From an uncultured Myxococcales bacterium (lineage in GTDB: Bacteria; Myxococcota_A; Polyangia; Palsa-1104; JAEUJZ01), in assembly GCA_937952145.1 (NCBI GenBank), contig CALFYE010000446.1:1-29547 (forward strand): a stretch of 29,547 bases of DNA, in the 5' to 3' direction. This document shows positions 6,900 to 19,261 of the stretch, piece after piece. Numbering within the stretch: the stretch's first letter is position 1; every line of letters begins with the position of its first letter. A program made the position numbers and the translations under genes. Under the pieces are notes generated by a model. That model was given only the letters and a program-made list of their open reading frames with translations. It searched no databases and was not told the origin of the DNA.

Positions 6900-8259
6900 A
6901 AGCCTCCTGCTTGCGTCGCTTGCGCCACAGCGTCGAGCTGTCGATGCCGAGGATGGTGGCGGCTTCGTCCTGGGTCTTGCAGCGCAGGAGGACGCGACGG
7001 ATGTGTTCGCGCTCTAGCTCTTCTAGCGTGCAGTCACCGCCCAGGCTGGGGCCGGCTTGACTGTGGCGCCCGATGCGCTCGGGCAGGCCCTCGGGCTCGA
7101 TGATCTGGGCCGGCCACAGGATGGTGGCGCGCTCGATGGCGTTGCGCAGCTCGCGAATATTGCCGGGCCAGGGGTATCCCAGCAGGGCCGACTCGGCGGC
7201 GCGTGATAGCTCCATCGGCGGGCGGCCGGTGCTGCGGCGGAAGAACGACAGGAAGTGGCGACACAGCGGCAGGATGTCTTCCGGGCGCTCGCGCAGCGGC
7301 GGAATCTGCACTTCGACGACGTTGAGGCGAAACAGCAGATCTTCGCGAAGCTGGCCGCGCCGCACGGCGTCTTCCAGGTCGCGATTGGTGGCGGTGACGA
7401 TGCGGACATCGGCGCGACGAGTGTGGTTTTCGCCGATGCGCTCGAATTCTTTCTCTTGCAGAAAGCGCAGCAGCTTGGCTTGCAGGGGCGGGGCGATTTC
7501 GCTGACCTCGTCGAGAAACAGGGTTCCGCCCTGCGCTGCTTCGACGCGTCCGGGCTGATCGCGCACCGCGCCAGTGAACGCGCCGCGGGCATGACCAAAC
7601 AGCTCGCTGGCCAAGAGATCACCCGACAGCGTGGGGCAGTTGACCATGACGAACGGCTGACCAGCGCGCGGGCTGCGACTGTGCAAAAGCCGCGCGAGGA
7701 CTCCCTTGCCGACGCCGCTCTCGCCGCGCAGCAGCACCGAGGCCTCCGAGCCCGCGGCCCGCCCGAGCATCTCGAAGATCGCGTGCATCTTCGGCGAAGC
7801 CGACTGCAGCTCGGTCTCGGGAACGGCGTCCTTGAGCTGATCTTCCAGATCGGCCATGCGGCGCTGCAGGGCCCGCCGCTCGACGATCTGATCGACGACG
7901 TGACGGATCTGCGCCGGCGAAAACGGCTTGGGCAGAAAGTCAGTGGCGCCGCGCTTTATGGCCTGCACTACGGCCTCGAACGTCCCGTAAGCGGTGATGA
8001 GGACGATGGCCAGCTCGGGGCTTTCTTTCAAGAGCTGCGGCAAAAGATCGAGACCACTGGTTTCTCCCAGACGCAGGTCGACAAAGGCCAGGTCATGAGG
8101 CTGGCGCTGCAACGCAGCGACGGCAGCGGCGCCACTTTGGACGGCGGTGACGCTGCAGCCCATGCCCTCCAGGCAGATCGACAGCGTGGTTAGGATGTTC
8201 TTTTCATCGTCGACAATCAGCGCGCGCAGCGGGCGCCGAGGCGGGCTGGCTTCGGTCAT
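6898..8259 (-). CDS. Sigma-54-dependent Fis-family response regulator (NtrC-type: REC + AAA+ sigma-54 activator + C-terminal HTH)
   Basis: REC domain (LIVDDE...DLAFVDLRL...KPF), Walker A GESGVGKG, GAFTGA motif (GHARGAFTGA), ATPase core, C-terminal Fis HTH (QDEAATILGIDSSTLWRKRRK). Stop codon overlaps the repeat end by 2 nt. Confidence 0.9.
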   Translation of the reverse strand: MTEASPPRRPLRALIVDDEKNILTTLSICLEGMGCSVTAVQSGAAAVAALQRQPHDLAFVDLRLGETSGLDLLPQLLKESPELAIVLITAYGTFEAVVQAIKRGATDFLPKPFSPAQIRHVVDQIVERRALQRRMADLEDQLKDAVPETELQSASPKMHAIFEMLGRAAGSEASVLLRGESGVGKGVLARLLHSRSPRAGQPFVMVNCPTLSGDLLASELFGHARGAFTGAVRDQPGRVEAAQGGTLFLDEVSEIAPPLQAKLLRFLQEKEFERIGENHTRRADVRIVTATNRDLEDAVRRGQLREDLLFRLNVVEVQIPPLRERPEDILPLCRHFLSFFRRSTGRPPMELSRAAESALLGYPWPGNIRELRNAIERATILWPAQIIEPEGLPERIGRHSQAGPSLGGDCTLEELEREHIRRVLLRCKTQDEAATILGIDSSTLWRKRRKQEA

Positions 8260-8357
8260 GGCGGGGCTCCAATAGCGGGCCGTGCGAGGCCGTGCGGGGC
8301 GATGCGGGCCGGCTCGACCTGTCGTCTAGCACAGGCAGTCAGCGGTCGGGGGCAGCA

Positions 8358-10001
<1,644 letters not shown>

Positions 10002-10118
10002 AGAGTCTCCGTGACAGCGAATCCCGGCCTGGCAGCGCGCAGCGATGCGAGCAAGCGACCCACGAACCCAGCGTGGGCGTGGCTGGCTGTGCGCCCAGCC
10101 GGGGCATTGCTGGCTAGC

Positions 10119-10220
10119 TTGGCAAGATCCGTACCGACGCTGGTTCCCTCGCAGTCGCTGGGCCCGCGGTTGCAGAGTGCAAGATGACGAGCCGGCGCAT
10201 TCGTGCAGCTTGCAAGGATC
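10119..10220. promoter_or_regulatory. Three GCAAGAT-like direct repeats (TTGGCAAGAT, GTGCAAGAT, CTTGCAAGGAT), partly palindromic (TTGCAgagTGCAA; CTTGCAAG), 40-140 bp upstream of the candidate sigma-54 promoter. Candidate enhancer (UAS) sites for the adjacent EBP
   Basis: Repeats at ~10121, ~10179 and ~10211. Position relative to the -24/-12 element. Confidence 0.25.
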
Positions 10221-10258
10221 GGCGGGGGCGCTCTCTCGGTGGGCTCGGCGGCAGGTGA

Positions 10259-10274
10259 TGGCACAGCACGTGCT
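10259..10274 (+). promoter_or_regulatory. Candidate sigma-54 (-24/-12) promoter TGGCACagcacgTGCT upstream of kdpF-kdpA
   Basis: Matches the consensus TGGCAC-N5-TTGC at GG (-24) and GC (-12) with correct 10-nt spacing, ~125 nt upstream of kdpF ATG. Consistent with the divergent NtrC-type EBP. Confidence 0.45.
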
Positions 10275-10400
10275 GCTTCCCTGGGCACCCGGAAGGAGTG
10301 CCCATGCACGATGCTGTCCTTGTCCTTATCACCCTTGGTTTCTTTGGCTCGGCCTGGGCCTACGCCCGCGGCTGCGAGCAGCTGTAGGCCGGGGTCTCGC

Positions 10401-10490
10401 ATGCACGCGGACTACTGGATTGGGGCAGTGCTGGCTGCCCTGCTCAGTCTCTATCTCCTGTACGCGCTCCTGCGTCCCGAGCGGTTCTAA
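10401..10490 (+). CDS. kdpF: KdpF, small hydrophobic subunit of the Kdp K+-transporting ATPase (29 aa)
   Basis: MHADYWIGAVLAALLSLYLLYALLRPERF resembles E. coli KdpF (…LLGYLVYALINAEAF). Sits immediately upstream of kdpA. Confidence 0.7.
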   Translation: MHADYWIGAVLAALLSLYLLYALLRPERF

Positions 10491-10499
10491 AGAACATCC

Positions 10500-12221
10500 A
10501 TGTCAGCCACCGGTCTTCTACAAATCGCGCTGTTCTGCCTGCTGATCCTGGGCTTGACCCGGCCGCTGGGGGGCTACCTGTTCACCGTGTTCGAAGCGAG
10601 CCAGCGACCCCGGCTGCCGCTGCTTCCATCCATCGAACGCTTGCTCTTTCGCCTCTGTGGCGTCGAGCCGCAGCGCGAACAGACCGCAGCGGAGTACACC
10701 GCTGCGCTGCTGCTGTTCAGCGCGATCGGGGTGCTGCTGACCTACCTGCTGCTGCGCACACAGCACCTGCTGCCGCTCAATCCGCAGCACTTCGGATCGG
10801 TGCCGCCGGCGCTTTCGTGGAACACCGCGGTGAGCTTCGCCAGCAACACCAACTGGCAGGCCTATGCCGGTGAATCGACGCTGAGCTATTTGACCCAGAT
10901 GGCCGGCCTGGCCTGGCACAACTTCACCTCCGCCGCGGCGGGTCTGGGTGTTGCGCTGGCCCTTTCGCGCGGCCTGACCCGCCGGCCTGGCCCGCTGGGG
11001 GCGCGCACGCTGGGAAATTTTTGGGCCGATGTACTGCGCGCGATCGTGTACGTACTGCTGCCGCTCTCGTGCGTGGCGTGCCTGCTGCTGGTGTCGCAGG
11101 GCGTGATCCAGAGCTTCGCCGACTATGTCTGGGTACCGACGCTAGAAGGCGGCCGGCAGCTCGTGCCGATGGGGCCGGTGGCGACGCAGGAAGCGATCAA
11201 GATGCTGGGCACAAACGGCGGCGGCTTCTTCAACGCCAACAGCGCCCACCCCTTTGAAAATCCGACGGCGATCAGCAACCTGCTGCAGCTTGTGCTGATC
11301 TTCGCGCTGCCCGCCGCGCTGACCTACACCTATGGCCGCATGGCCGGCGATACCCGACAGGGCTGGGTCCTGTTCGGTGCGATGGCCGTACTTTTTCTGC
11401 TGGGCGCCGTCGCCACGTACGCCGCCGAAGCCGCCGGCAATCCGGCGCTGCGTGGTCTTGCGATCGATGCCACGGCCGGGAATCTGGAAGGCAAAGAGCT
11501 GCGCTTCGGCGTCGCCGGATCCGCACTGTTTGCCACGGTGACCACGGCGGCTTCTTGCGGCGCGGTCAACGCCATGCACGACAGCTTCACGCCGCTTGGC
11601 GGGCTGGTCACGCTGCTCAATATTCAGCTCGGCGAGGTGATCTTCGGGGGGGTCGGCGCAGGCCTGTACGGCGTGCTGATCTTCGCGCTGCAGGCGGTGT
11701 TCATCGCTGGCCTGATGATCGGCCGAACCCCGGAGTATCTCGGCAAAAAGATCGAGGCGAAAGAGATGACGATGTCGATGCTCTACGTGCTGATTCCCCC
11801 GCTCTTGATCCTTGGCTTTTCTGGCTGGGCGGCGGTTTCTCCCGCGGGTCTATCGTCGCTGAGTGGGGGCGGTCCGCATGGCCTGTCCGAGATTCTTTAT
11901 GCCTACTCAAGCGGCACCGGTAACAACGGCTCGGCCTTCGCCGGACTAAACGCCAACACACCTTTTTGGAACGTGACCCTGGCCTTGGTGATGCTCGCGG
12001 GACGGTTCCTGATGATCGTGCCGGTCCTGGCCATCGGCGGATCGATGTTGAACAAGAAGGTCCTCCCGCCGGGGCCGGGTACCTTCCCCACCGGTTCGCT
12101 ACTGTTCGGTGGGCTGCTTTCCGGCGTCATCATTTTCTTGGGAGCGCTGACCTTCTTTCCCGCGCTAGCACTTGGGCCTCTCGTCGAGCACTTCGCGGCG
12201 GCACGCGGGAGGGGGTTCTGA
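10500..12221 (+). CDS. kdpA: Potassium-transporting ATPase subunit A (KdpA)
   Basis: 573-aa polytopic membrane protein with KdpA-typical N-terminus and selectivity-filter-like NGGGF motifs. Operon context with kdpB and kdpC. Confidence 0.9.
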   Translation: MSATGLLQIALFCLLILGLTRPLGGYLFTVFEASQRPRLPLLPSIERLLFRLCGVEPQREQTAAEYTAALLLFSAIGVLLTYLLLRTQHLLPLNPQHFGSVPPALSWNTAVSFASNTNWQAYAGESTLSYLTQMAGLAWHNFTSAAAGLGVALALSRGLTRRPGPLGARTLGNFWADVLRAIVYVLLPLSCVACLLLVSQGVIQSFADYVWVPTLEGGRQLVPMGPVATQEAIKMLGTNGGGFFNANSAHPFENPTAISNLLQLVLIFALPAALTYTYGRMAGDTRQGWVLFGAMAVLFLLGAVATYAAEAAGNPALRGLAIDATAGNLEGKELRFGVAGSALFATVTTAASCGAVNAMHDSFTPLGGLVTLLNIQLGEVIFGGVGAGLYGVLIFALQAVFIAGLMIGRTPEYLGKKIEAKEMTMSMLYVLIPPLLILGFSGWAAVSPAGLSSLSGGGPHGLSEILYAYSSGTGNNGSAFAGLNANTPFWNVTLALVMLAGRFLMIVPVLAIGGSMLNKKVLPPGPGTFPTGSLLFGGLLSGVIIFLGALTFFPALALGPLVEHFAAARGRGF

Positions 12222-14278
12222 TGTCGGCGAATCCCGTGGTCGAGCGCTCGCTGCTGGATGTCACGATCCTGGGGCCGGCTCTCGGGCAGAGCCTGACCAA
12301 GCTGGCCCCGCGTCACCTCGCAAAGAATCCCGTGATGTGCGTGGTCGCGGTCGGCGCTGTGCTGTGCGTGGGGCTGTGGCTGCGCGATCTGCTGCGGCCC
12401 GATCTGGCGTCGGCGCCGCGCTGGTTTTCCGGCGCGGTCTGCCTGTGGCTGTGGTTCACCGTGCTGTTTGCCAACTTCGCCGAAGCGGTGGCTGAAGGGC
12501 GTGGTCGGGCCCAGGCTGCGACACTGCGTCGGCTACGTCGGGAGACGCAGGCTCGCCGCTTGCGCGATGGCCGGGAAGAGCGCGTCGCCGCGTCGGCTCT
12601 GCTCAAGGGCGATGTCGTCATCGCCGAAGCCGGAGATCTGATTCCTGGGGACGGCGAGATCATCGAAGGGATCGCTTCGGTCGATGAGTCGGCGATCACC
12701 GGCGAGTCCGCTCCCGTCATTCGCGAGAGCGGAGGCGATCGCTCGGCAGTCACCGGAGGCACCAAGGTCCTCTCGGATCGCATCATCATCCGCATCAGCT
12801 CTGACCCCGGCCAGTCGTTCCTCGATCGCATGATCGCGCTCGTCGAAGGGGCGGCGCGCAAGAAGACGCCGAACGAAGTCGCCTTGCACATCCTATTGGT
12901 CGGCCTGACCCTGATCTTCCTCTTCGCCTGTGTCTCGCTGGTGCCGCTCGCCCAGTACTCGGGCCTGCGGCTGTCACCCACCGTTGTGGTGGCGCTTCTG
13001 GTTTGTCTGATTCCCACGACCATCGGCGGACTTTTGTCGGCGATTGGCATCGCGGGAATGGATCGCATGCTGCGCAAGAACGTCCTTTCCATGAGCGGTC
13101 GCGCGGTCGAGGCCGCGGGAGACATCGACGTGCTGCTGCTCGACAAGACCGGCACCATCACGCACGGCAACCGCATGGCGACTGAGCTCTTCCCCATGCC
13201 GGGGGTGCGCAGCGAGACGCTGGCCGAGGTCGCGCAGCTTGCCAGCTTGGCCGATGAGACGCCCGAAGGTCGGTCGATTGTCGCACTGACCCGCGAGCGC
13301 TACGGCCTAACGCAGCAGGTGAGCGGGGAACACGAGCTTGTGCCGTTTTCGGCGCATACACGCATGAGCGGCTGCAACCTCCCGCACGGCGCTACTCCAC
13401 GCATCCTTCGCAAGGGAGCCGTCGATGCCATTCGGCGGCATGTCGAGGCAGCAGGCGGCACTGTTCCGGCTGAGCTGGAGATGACCGCCGGTGGCATCGC
13501 CGATCGTGGAGGCACCCCGCTGGCGGTCAGCGAAGGCAATCAAGTGCTGGGCCTCGTTCACCTCAAGGACGTCGTCAAGAGCGGTATCAAAGAGCGCTTC
13601 GCGCGCTTTTCGGCCATGGGCATCCGCACCGTGATGATCACCGGCGATAACCTGCGCACCGCCGCCGCCATTGCTGCCGAAGCGGGCGTCGATGAGTACC
13701 TGGCTGAGGCGACCCCCGAGACCAAGCTGCAGCGGATCCGTAGCGAGCAGGCGCGCGGCAAGCTGGTGGCGATGACCGGCGATGGCACCAATGACGCGCC
13801 AGCGTTAGCGCAGGCCGATGTCGGGGTGGCGATGAACAGCGGCACGCAGGCCGCGAAGGAAGCCGGCAACATGGTCGATCTCGACAGCAACCCCACCAAG
13901 CTCTTGGAGGTCGTCGAGGTCGGCAAGCAGCTATTGATGACCCGCGGCTGCCTGACGACCTTTTCGATCGGCAACGATGTGTCGAAGTATTTCGCCATCT
14001 TGCCGGCCCTGTTCATTCCCGTCTTCCCCGAGGTCGCGCCGCTGAACATCATGCGCCTGGCCTCGCCACAGAGCGCCATCCTGTCAGCCGTGATCTTCAA
14101 CGCGATCATCATCATCTTGCTGATTCCGCTCGCGCTGCGCGGGGTGCGCTATCGGCCCCTGGGCGCGGCCGCGGTCCTGCGGCGGTCCCTTGTGGTCTAC
14201 GGTCTGGGCGGGCTGCTTGCGCCATTTATCGGCATCAAGCTCATCGACCTGCTCCTTGTGGCGCTGCACCTTACCTAG
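12221..14278 (+). CDS. kdpB: Potassium-transporting P-type ATPase subunit B (KdpB)
   Basis: ATGA start/stop overlap with kdpA. P-type ATPase motifs DKTGTIT and [20 protein letters not shown]. Confidence 0.9.
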   Translation: MSANPVVERSLLDVTILGPALGQSLTKLAPRHLAKNPVMCVVAVGAVLCVGLWLRDLLRPDLASAPRWFSGAVCLWLWFTVLFANFAEAVAEGRGRAQAATLRRLRRETQARRLRDGREERVAASALLKGDVVIAEAGDLIPGDGEIIEGIASVDESAITGESAPVIRESGGDRSAVTGGTKVLSDRIIIRISSDPGQSFLDRMIALVEGAARKKTPNEVALHILLVGLTLIFLFACVSLVPLAQYSGLRLSPTVVVALLVCLIPTTIGGLLSAIGIAGMDRMLRKNVLSMSGRAVEAAGDIDVLLLDKTGTITHGNRMATELFPMPGVRSETLAEVAQLASLADETPEGRSIVALTRERYGLTQQVSGEHELVPFSAHTRMSGCNLPHGATPRILRKGAVDAIRRHVEAAGGTVPAELEMTAGGIADRGGTPLAVSEGNQVLGLVHLKDVVKSGIKERFARFSAMGIRTVMITGDNLRTAAAIAAEAGVDEYLAEATPETKLQRIRSEQARGKLVAMTGDGTNDAPALAQADVGVAMNSGTQAAKEAGNMVDLDSNPTKLLEVVEVGKQLLMTRGCLTTFSIGNDVSKYFAILPALFIPVFPEVAPLNIMRLASPQSAILSAVIFNAIIIILLIPLALRGVRYRPLGAAAVLRRSLVVYGLGGLLAPFIGIKLIDLLLVALHLT

Positions 14279-14287
14279 GACGTCTTC

Positions 14288-14887
14288 ATGCCGACTGCGA
14301 TCGAAGGCTTGGGAACTGCTCTGCGCGTGACGTTAGTGACGCTGGTGCTCACTGGATTTCTTTATCCCCTCGCGATGACGCCGCTGGCGCAGCTCTTGTT
14401 TCCGGCACAGGCGCGCGGCAGCCTGGTCGCGGATGAGCGGGGACAGGACGTGGGCTCGGCCCTGCTGGGTCAGCGCTTTGTCCAACCGGCCTACTTCCAG
14501 GGGCGGCCATCGGCAGCCGGAGTCGATGGCTATGACGCGGGCGCATCGGGCGGCTCGAACCTAGGTCCGACAAGCCTGAGGCTGCGCCAGCGTGCTCAGG
14601 CCGAGCTTGCGCGTCTTCTGCGTCAAAATCCTGCTGCACCCAGCGCTGTTCCTGTCGAGCTGATCACGACTTCGGCAAGCGGGCTGGATCCGCACATCTC
14701 GCCCGCCGCGGCTCTTTGGCAGGTGCCGCGGGTGGCCCAGGCGCGCGGCGTTTCTGAGGCGCGAATCGCCAGGCTGGTGCACGACCGGGTGCAGGGGCGG
14801 CAGCTTGCGATCTTGGGCGAGCCGCGGCTCAACGTGCTCTTGCTCAACCTGGCCCTTGATCGCCAGTTTGGCCGTCCCGGAGGATGA
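14288..14887 (+). CDS. kdpC: Potassium-transporting ATPase subunit C (KdpC)
   Basis: 199 aa with an N-terminal TM helix and KdpC-like conserved regions. Directly follows kdpB. Confidence 0.85.
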   Translation: MPTAIEGLGTALRVTLVTLVLTGFLYPLAMTPLAQLLFPAQARGSLVADERGQDVGSALLGQRFVQPAYFQGRPSAAGVDGYDAGASGGSNLGPTSLRLRQRAQAELARLLRQNPAAPSAVPVELITTSASGLDPHISPAAALWQVPRVAQARGVSEARIARLVHDRVQGRQLAILGEPRLNVLLLNLALDRQFGRPGG

Positions 14888-16125
14888 AGCGAGGCATGGC
14901 AGAGGCTGATCCGATCTCACGGTCTTCGTCGCGTCTGCCCGGAGTTAGGTCCGCCCCTGACCATCCGCGCGAGCGCCGGGCGGCCGACTTCCTGGAGCTG
15001 GTCGAGCGCGCCAAGCGCGGGCGGTTGAAGGTGTTTCTCGGCTACGCCGCCGGCGTCGGCAAGACCTATCGCATGCTGGAGGAGGCGCAGGCTCTGCGTA
15101 GGCGGGGCGTCGATGTCGTCATCGGCCTTGTCGAGACGCACGGCCGGCCGGAGACCGCAGCCCTGGTGCCGGGCCTGCTGGCGATTGCCGGTCGCCGCTT
15201 TGACTACCGCGGCGTGACCCTGCACGAGCTGGATGTCGAGGCCATCCTGGCGCGGCGCCCTGAGGTCGTGGTTGTCGACGAGGTCGCGCACACCAATGTC
15301 CCGGGCAGCCTGCATCGCAAGCGCTACCAAGATGTGAACGCGCTCCTTGATGCCGGCATCAGTGTCCTTTGCGCCTTCAACATTCAGCACCTTGAGAGCC
15401 TCAACGAGCTGGTGGCGCGAGCCACCTTGGTGCAGGTCCGCGAGACAGTCCCCGACGCCTTCTTGCGACAAGCCGATCAGATCGTGACCATCGATCTGGA
15501 TATCGAAGATCTGTTGGAGCGGCTGCGCGCCGGCAAGATCTACACGCCGGACAAGATCGACTGGGCGCTGGGACATTTTTTTCAGTCGAGCAACCTGGCG
15601 ACCCTGCGCGAGCTTGCGCTGCGCGAAGTCGCCGAGAGCGTCGGTCGCCCCAAGGCTGCAGAGCGAGAGGAGCCGGCGCGTCGCGAGGGCTGGGGCGGCA
15701 AGCTCCTGGTCTGTCTGTCGAGCAATCCGCCACATGGCCGCACCTTGCTGCGCCGCGGCTCGCGCTTGGCGGGGCGACTGAACACCTCCTGGTATGTCGC
15801 CCATGTCGAGACCTCGGCCGAGGCACCGCTGCGCATCGACGCCGAAAGTCAGCGTCGGCTACTGGCCAATATCGATGTGGCGCGAGAGTTGGGTGCAGAC
15901 GTGGTACGCCTGCGCGGCGAGGATCCCGTGACCACCCTGCTTGCCTTTGCCGCGACCCACGGCGTTAGCGATATCGTGATCGGCCGGGGACCCAGCCCAT
16001 CCTTTCGGCGACTGTTCGCGCCCTCCTTTACCGCCCGCATGCTGGAGCACGCGAGTGCTTTTGATCTGCACATCGTCTCGTTTCCCAGCCCCGTGAAGGG
16101 AGCGGCGGAGGGAGGTCGGGAATGA
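14884..16125 (+). CDS. kdpD: KdpD N-terminal sensor domain + Usp domain protein. It has no transmembrane or histidine-kinase part, i.e. a 'split' KdpD
   Basis: RGRLKVFLGYAAGVGKTYRMLEEAQALRRRGVDVVIGLVETHGR...NIQHLESLNELV...VRETVPD aligns closely with the E. coli KdpD N-terminus. C-terminal Usp-like fold (LLVCLSSNPPHGRTLL...). ATGA overlap with kdpC. Alternative start at 14899. Confidence 0.85.
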   Translation: MKRGMAEADPISRSSSRLPGVRSAPDHPRERRAADFLELVERAKRGRLKVFLGYAAGVGKTYRMLEEAQALRRRGVDVVIGLVETHGRPETAALVPGLLAIAGRRFDYRGVTLHELDVEAILARRPEVVVVDEVAHTNVPGSLHRKRYQDVNALLDAGISVLCAFNIQHLESLNELVARATLVQVRETVPDAFLRQADQIVTIDLDIEDLLERLRAGKIYTPDKIDWALGHFFQSSNLATLRELALREVAESVGRPKAAEREEPARREGWGGKLLVCLSSNPPHGRTLLRRGSRLAGRLNTSWYVAHVETSAEAPLRIDAESQRRLLANIDVARELGADVVRLRGEDPVTTLLAFAATHGVSDIVIGRGPSPSFRRLFAPSFTARMLEHASAFDLHIVSFPSPVKGAAEGGRE

Positions 16126-17981
16126 CCCTGCGGCGCAAGCTCCTGCTCTCGCAGGTGCCGCTCTTGCTGGCCCTGCTGCTGCTGTCGATTCTGCATCGCT
16201 GGAGCGTGTCGTCCGTTGGTGGGGCAGCGCAGAATATCCTGCGCGAGAACTATCGCAGTGTGCTGTCGGCGCAGCGCATGGAGGATGCGCTTGAGCGCTT
16301 AGATTCAGCGGCGCTGTTCGTGCTGGGCGGTCAGCGCGATCGCGGTCTGCAGCAGCGGGATGAAAATCAGCAGCGCTTTGAGCGCGAGCTGCGCATCGCA
16401 GAGGGCAACATCACCGAGCCCGGCGAGCGCGAGGCGGTGTCGGCTCTGCGGCGACGCTGGCAAGACTATCAGCCGATCCTTTTGGACCTCTTTGCTGCGG
16501 ACGCGATTGAGGAAGCGAGGGCGCTGTACTTCGGGCGAGCCGAGCCCGCCTTTGTCGGCGTCAAGGCGGCGGCCGACGCCATCCTGACGCTGAATCAAGA
16601 TGCCATGGTGCACAAGAGCGACCACGCCCGCCGCGTTGCCGAGCAGGTCTCGCAGATCGCGACGCTGTCTTCGCTGGCGGCGATCTCGCTCGGCGTCCTC
16701 TTGTCGCTGCTGCTCACCGCGCGCTTGCTGCGGCCACTCTTCGATCTTCGCGATGCCGCGCGTAGGCTGGGGGCCGGCGAGCTAGGGGCGCGGGCGGCAG
16801 TGCGTGGACACGATGAGATCGCGCACTTGGCGAGCGACTTCAACGCCATGGCGCAGCAGATCCAGCGCTATCGCCAAAGCTCGCTCGGTGAGCTCTTGGC
16901 GGCGCAGCAAGCGGCGCAGTCAGCGATCGACAGCCTGGCCGATCCGGTCGTGGTCTTTGATGGCAGCGGCCGCGTCGCCAACCTCAATCGCGAGGCTGAG
17001 GCCCTGTGGCCGGTCTCGTCGGAGCGGGACGCCCGCGAGCTACCCCCTGGCATCGAGCCCGCCGTGGCCGAGGTGCTGTCGCGCCTGCGCGCCCACATCC
17101 TCCTGGGCAAGGGCACCTACGCGCCGAAGGACTTCAGCGAAGCCGTGCAGGTCGGGCGCGGCGAGTCCGAGCGCTGGCTGTTGCCGCGGGCCAGCCCCGT
17201 CTATGGCGCGGCCGGGGCAGTCGAGGGCGCGACGATCGTCCTGCAGGACATCACGCGACTGCGTCGCTTCGATGAGCTGAAGAATGATCTCGTGGCCACC
17301 GTGGCGCATGAGTTTCGGACGCCGCTGACTTCCCTGCGCATGGCCGTGCACCTGTGCTTAGAAGGCATCGCCGGACCGGTGACCGAAAAGCAGATCGAGC
17401 TCTTGCACGCCGCGCGTGAAGACTGCGAGCGACTGCAGGGCATGATCGAAGATCTGCTGGATCTGGCGCGCATCGCTTCGGGTCGCGTCGAGATGCGCAA
17501 GGTGCTGGTGTCGGTGCAAAACCTCATCGATGGCGTGGTCGCCGAGGGGCAGGCGAAGGCGCAAGAAAAAGGGGTGCTGCTGTGCGCCGAACACTCGCCG
17601 CTGTCGCCGCAGAAGATCTTCGCTGATCCCGAGCGACTGGGTCTGGTGTTCAGCAACCTGGTGAGCAACGCCATCCGCCACACGCCGGTCGGCGGCCGCG
17701 TCACCGTGCGCGCCCTGCCGGCCGGCGAGTCGGCGCGCTTCGAAGTCAGCGACACCGGCGAAGGCATCCCGCTTCCCTATCAGCGCGAGATCTTCCTGCG
17801 CTTCTTTCGCGTCCCCGGCAGTCCGGCAGGCGGCGCCGGCCTGGGCCTGTCGATCGCCAAAGAAATCGTCGAGGCGCACGGCGGGCGAATCAGCGTGCAC
17901 AGCCAGCCGGGGCAGGGCAGCACGTTCTGCGTGCAGGTGCCGCTACTCGACGGACACAAGGCCGAGCCGGGTCGCGCCTAG
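16122..17981 (+). CDS. Membrane sensor histidine kinase (2 TM, HAMP, PAS-like, HisKA, HATPase_c). Probable kinase partner of the split KdpD and the sigma-54 response regulator
   Basis: TM helices at the N-terminus and ~aa 185-205; HAMP (LRPLFDLRDAARRLGAGELG...); H-box VATVAHEFRTPLTSL; G-boxes DTGEGIP, GGAGLGLSIAKEIVEAHGG. ATGA overlap with the upstream gene. Confidence 0.85.
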   Translation: MTLRRKLLLSQVPLLLALLLLSILHRWSVSSVGGAAQNILRENYRSVLSAQRMEDALERLDSAALFVLGGQRDRGLQQRDENQQRFERELRIAEGNITEPGEREAVSALRRRWQDYQPILLDLFAADAIEEARALYFGRAEPAFVGVKAAADAILTLNQDAMVHKSDHARRVAEQVSQIATLSSLAAISLGVLLSLLLTARLLRPLFDLRDAARRLGAGELGARAAVRGHDEIAHLASDFNAMAQQIQRYRQSSLGELLAAQQAAQSAIDSLADPVVVFDGSGRVANLNREAEALWPVSSERDARELPPGIEPAVAEVLSRLRAHILLGKGTYAPKDFSEAVQVGRGESERWLLPRASPVYGAAGAVEGATIVLQDITRLRRFDELKNDLVATVAHEFRTPLTSLRMAVHLCLEGIAGPVTEKQIELLHAAREDCERLQGMIEDLLDLARIASGRVEMRKVLVSVQNLIDGVVAEGQAKAQEKGVLLCAEHSPLSPQKIFADPERLGLVFSNLVSNAIRHTPVGGRVTVRALPAGESARFEVSDTGEGIPLPYQREIFLRFFRVPGSPAGGAGLGLSIAKEIVEAHGGRISVHSQPGQGSTFCVQVPLLDGHKAEPGRA

Positions 17982-18012
17982 CCCCGTCGTTCCTCCGCAA
18001 TCGGTGGGCGCG

Positions 18013-18642
18013 TTAGCCCTTGGCCTTGGCCATCAGCGCATCATCGATCTCGCGGGCCCGCACCGCGGCCGGGCGACCGAAGAGGCGTCCGGCGTAGGCC
18101 TGGAAGGTCGGGCGTTTTTCGATGTTGCCGAACTGCATGCCCCAGCCGATCTGCGAGCCCAGGTAGACGTCGGCGGCCGAGAAGCGCTCGCCGAGCAGGT
18201 ACGGCCCGCGCGACAGCGCATACTCCAGAGCGGCCATGACGTCGGCTTCCGAGCCGAAGCCCACCATCGGGCGCTTCTCGGGCGGAACGGTGATGCCCAG
18301 CGACTTGATGCTCGACATGCTCTCGACCGGGCCGGCGCCGAAGAACAGCCAGCGATAGTAGGTCGCGCGCTCCTTGTCACCGGGCGGCGGAGCCAGACCG
18401 GCTTGCGGGAAGGCATCCGCGAGATAGGCACAGATGGCGGCAGCTTCGGTCACCACGGCGTCGCCGTGTCGCAGCGCCGGCACCTTGCCCATCGGGTTTA
18501 CTGCCAGATACTCCGGCCCCTTCATCGTCGTCCCGTAGTCCAAGAGCACCGTCTCATACGGCTGCCCAACCTCTTGCAGCATCCAGCGGACGATGCGGCC
18601 TCGCGACATGGGATGGGTGTAGAACGTCAGCTTGTCGGACAT
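18013..18642 (-). CDS. Glutathione S-transferase family protein
   Basis: MSDKLTFYTHPMSRGRIVRWMLQEVGQPYE... with thioredoxin-like N-domain and GST C-domain. Start set to MSDKL; the longer ORF to 18810 has an Arg/Ser-rich spurious leader. Confidence 0.8.
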   Translation of the reverse strand: MSDKLTFYTHPMSRGRIVRWMLQEVGQPYETVLLDYGTTMKGPEYLAVNPMGKVPALRHGDAVVTEAAAICAYLADAFPQAGLAPPPGDKERATYYRWLFFGAGPVESMSSIKSLGITVPPEKRPMVGFGSEADVMAALEYALSRGPYLLGERFSAADVYLGSQIGWGMQFGNIEKRPTFQAYAGRLFGRPAAVRAREIDDALMAKAKG

Positions 18643-18970
18643 GGGGCGACTCCAGTGAAAAAGGGTTGTGATCGACGCCAGCCGTGCAGCCTTCCCGAGC
18701 GATCTAGCCACGACACTCCACAGCCCACACCGCCAGCGCCGCCCCGACGGTAAAGGGGAACGCAGGGCAGAGCAAGAGAGCACAGCGGAATGGGCAGCCG
18801 AGTCGGTCACCTACCCCCCAAACGCCGCGGCGGACCGTGTCATCCCCAGGAATGCCTAGGCCGATAGGGGACAGTCAGAGGGCTGTCTCCGACCCAAAGG
18901 GTCTTGGCATGATAATCTGAATTAGCCAGTGCACGAATGGATAATAATCAAGATATGGGGAACAGAAGTC

Positions 18971-19261
18971 ATGAGGAAAATTGGCGAAATCTGTCTGATG
19001 TTTTCTTTGATTATGGGTTTATTGGGTTGCGGTCCACGAGAGATCATGGTCGACTTTAAATCCGGTATTCAGCGGCCCCGCATCGACGAGATTAATGGGG
19101 TGATTGGATCGTACGTCATCAAAGCCCCTCAGCTAAAGGCGAGTAATCTTTACCTAATTGGGCTCGCGGTAACCGTAAGCTGGGACTGCGCGCACGATTA
19201 TTACGAAAAGCATCCCGATGTGGCTGGGATTCTACCGGCTGATTCCTATTCTCTTTTTTAA
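18971..19261 (+). CDS. Small putative lipoprotein (96 aa) encoded in an AT-rich islet
   Basis: MRKIGEICLMFSLIMGLLGCGP: signal peptide with LLGC lipobox. GGGGA RBS. Region 18890-19270 is ~40-45% GC against ~68% flanks. Confidence 0.5.
   Translation: MRKIGEICLMFSLIMGLLGCGPREIMVDFKSGIQRPRIDEINGVIGSYVIKAPQLKASNLYLIGLAVTVSWDCAHDYYEKHPDVAGILPADSYSLF

Noticed and set aside
10203-10490. 95-aa ORF upstream of kdpA
   Set aside because: Only the last 29 codons (10401-10490) form the KdpF-like hydrophobic peptide. The upstream part is Ala/Gly/Ser-rich promoter and leader sequence.
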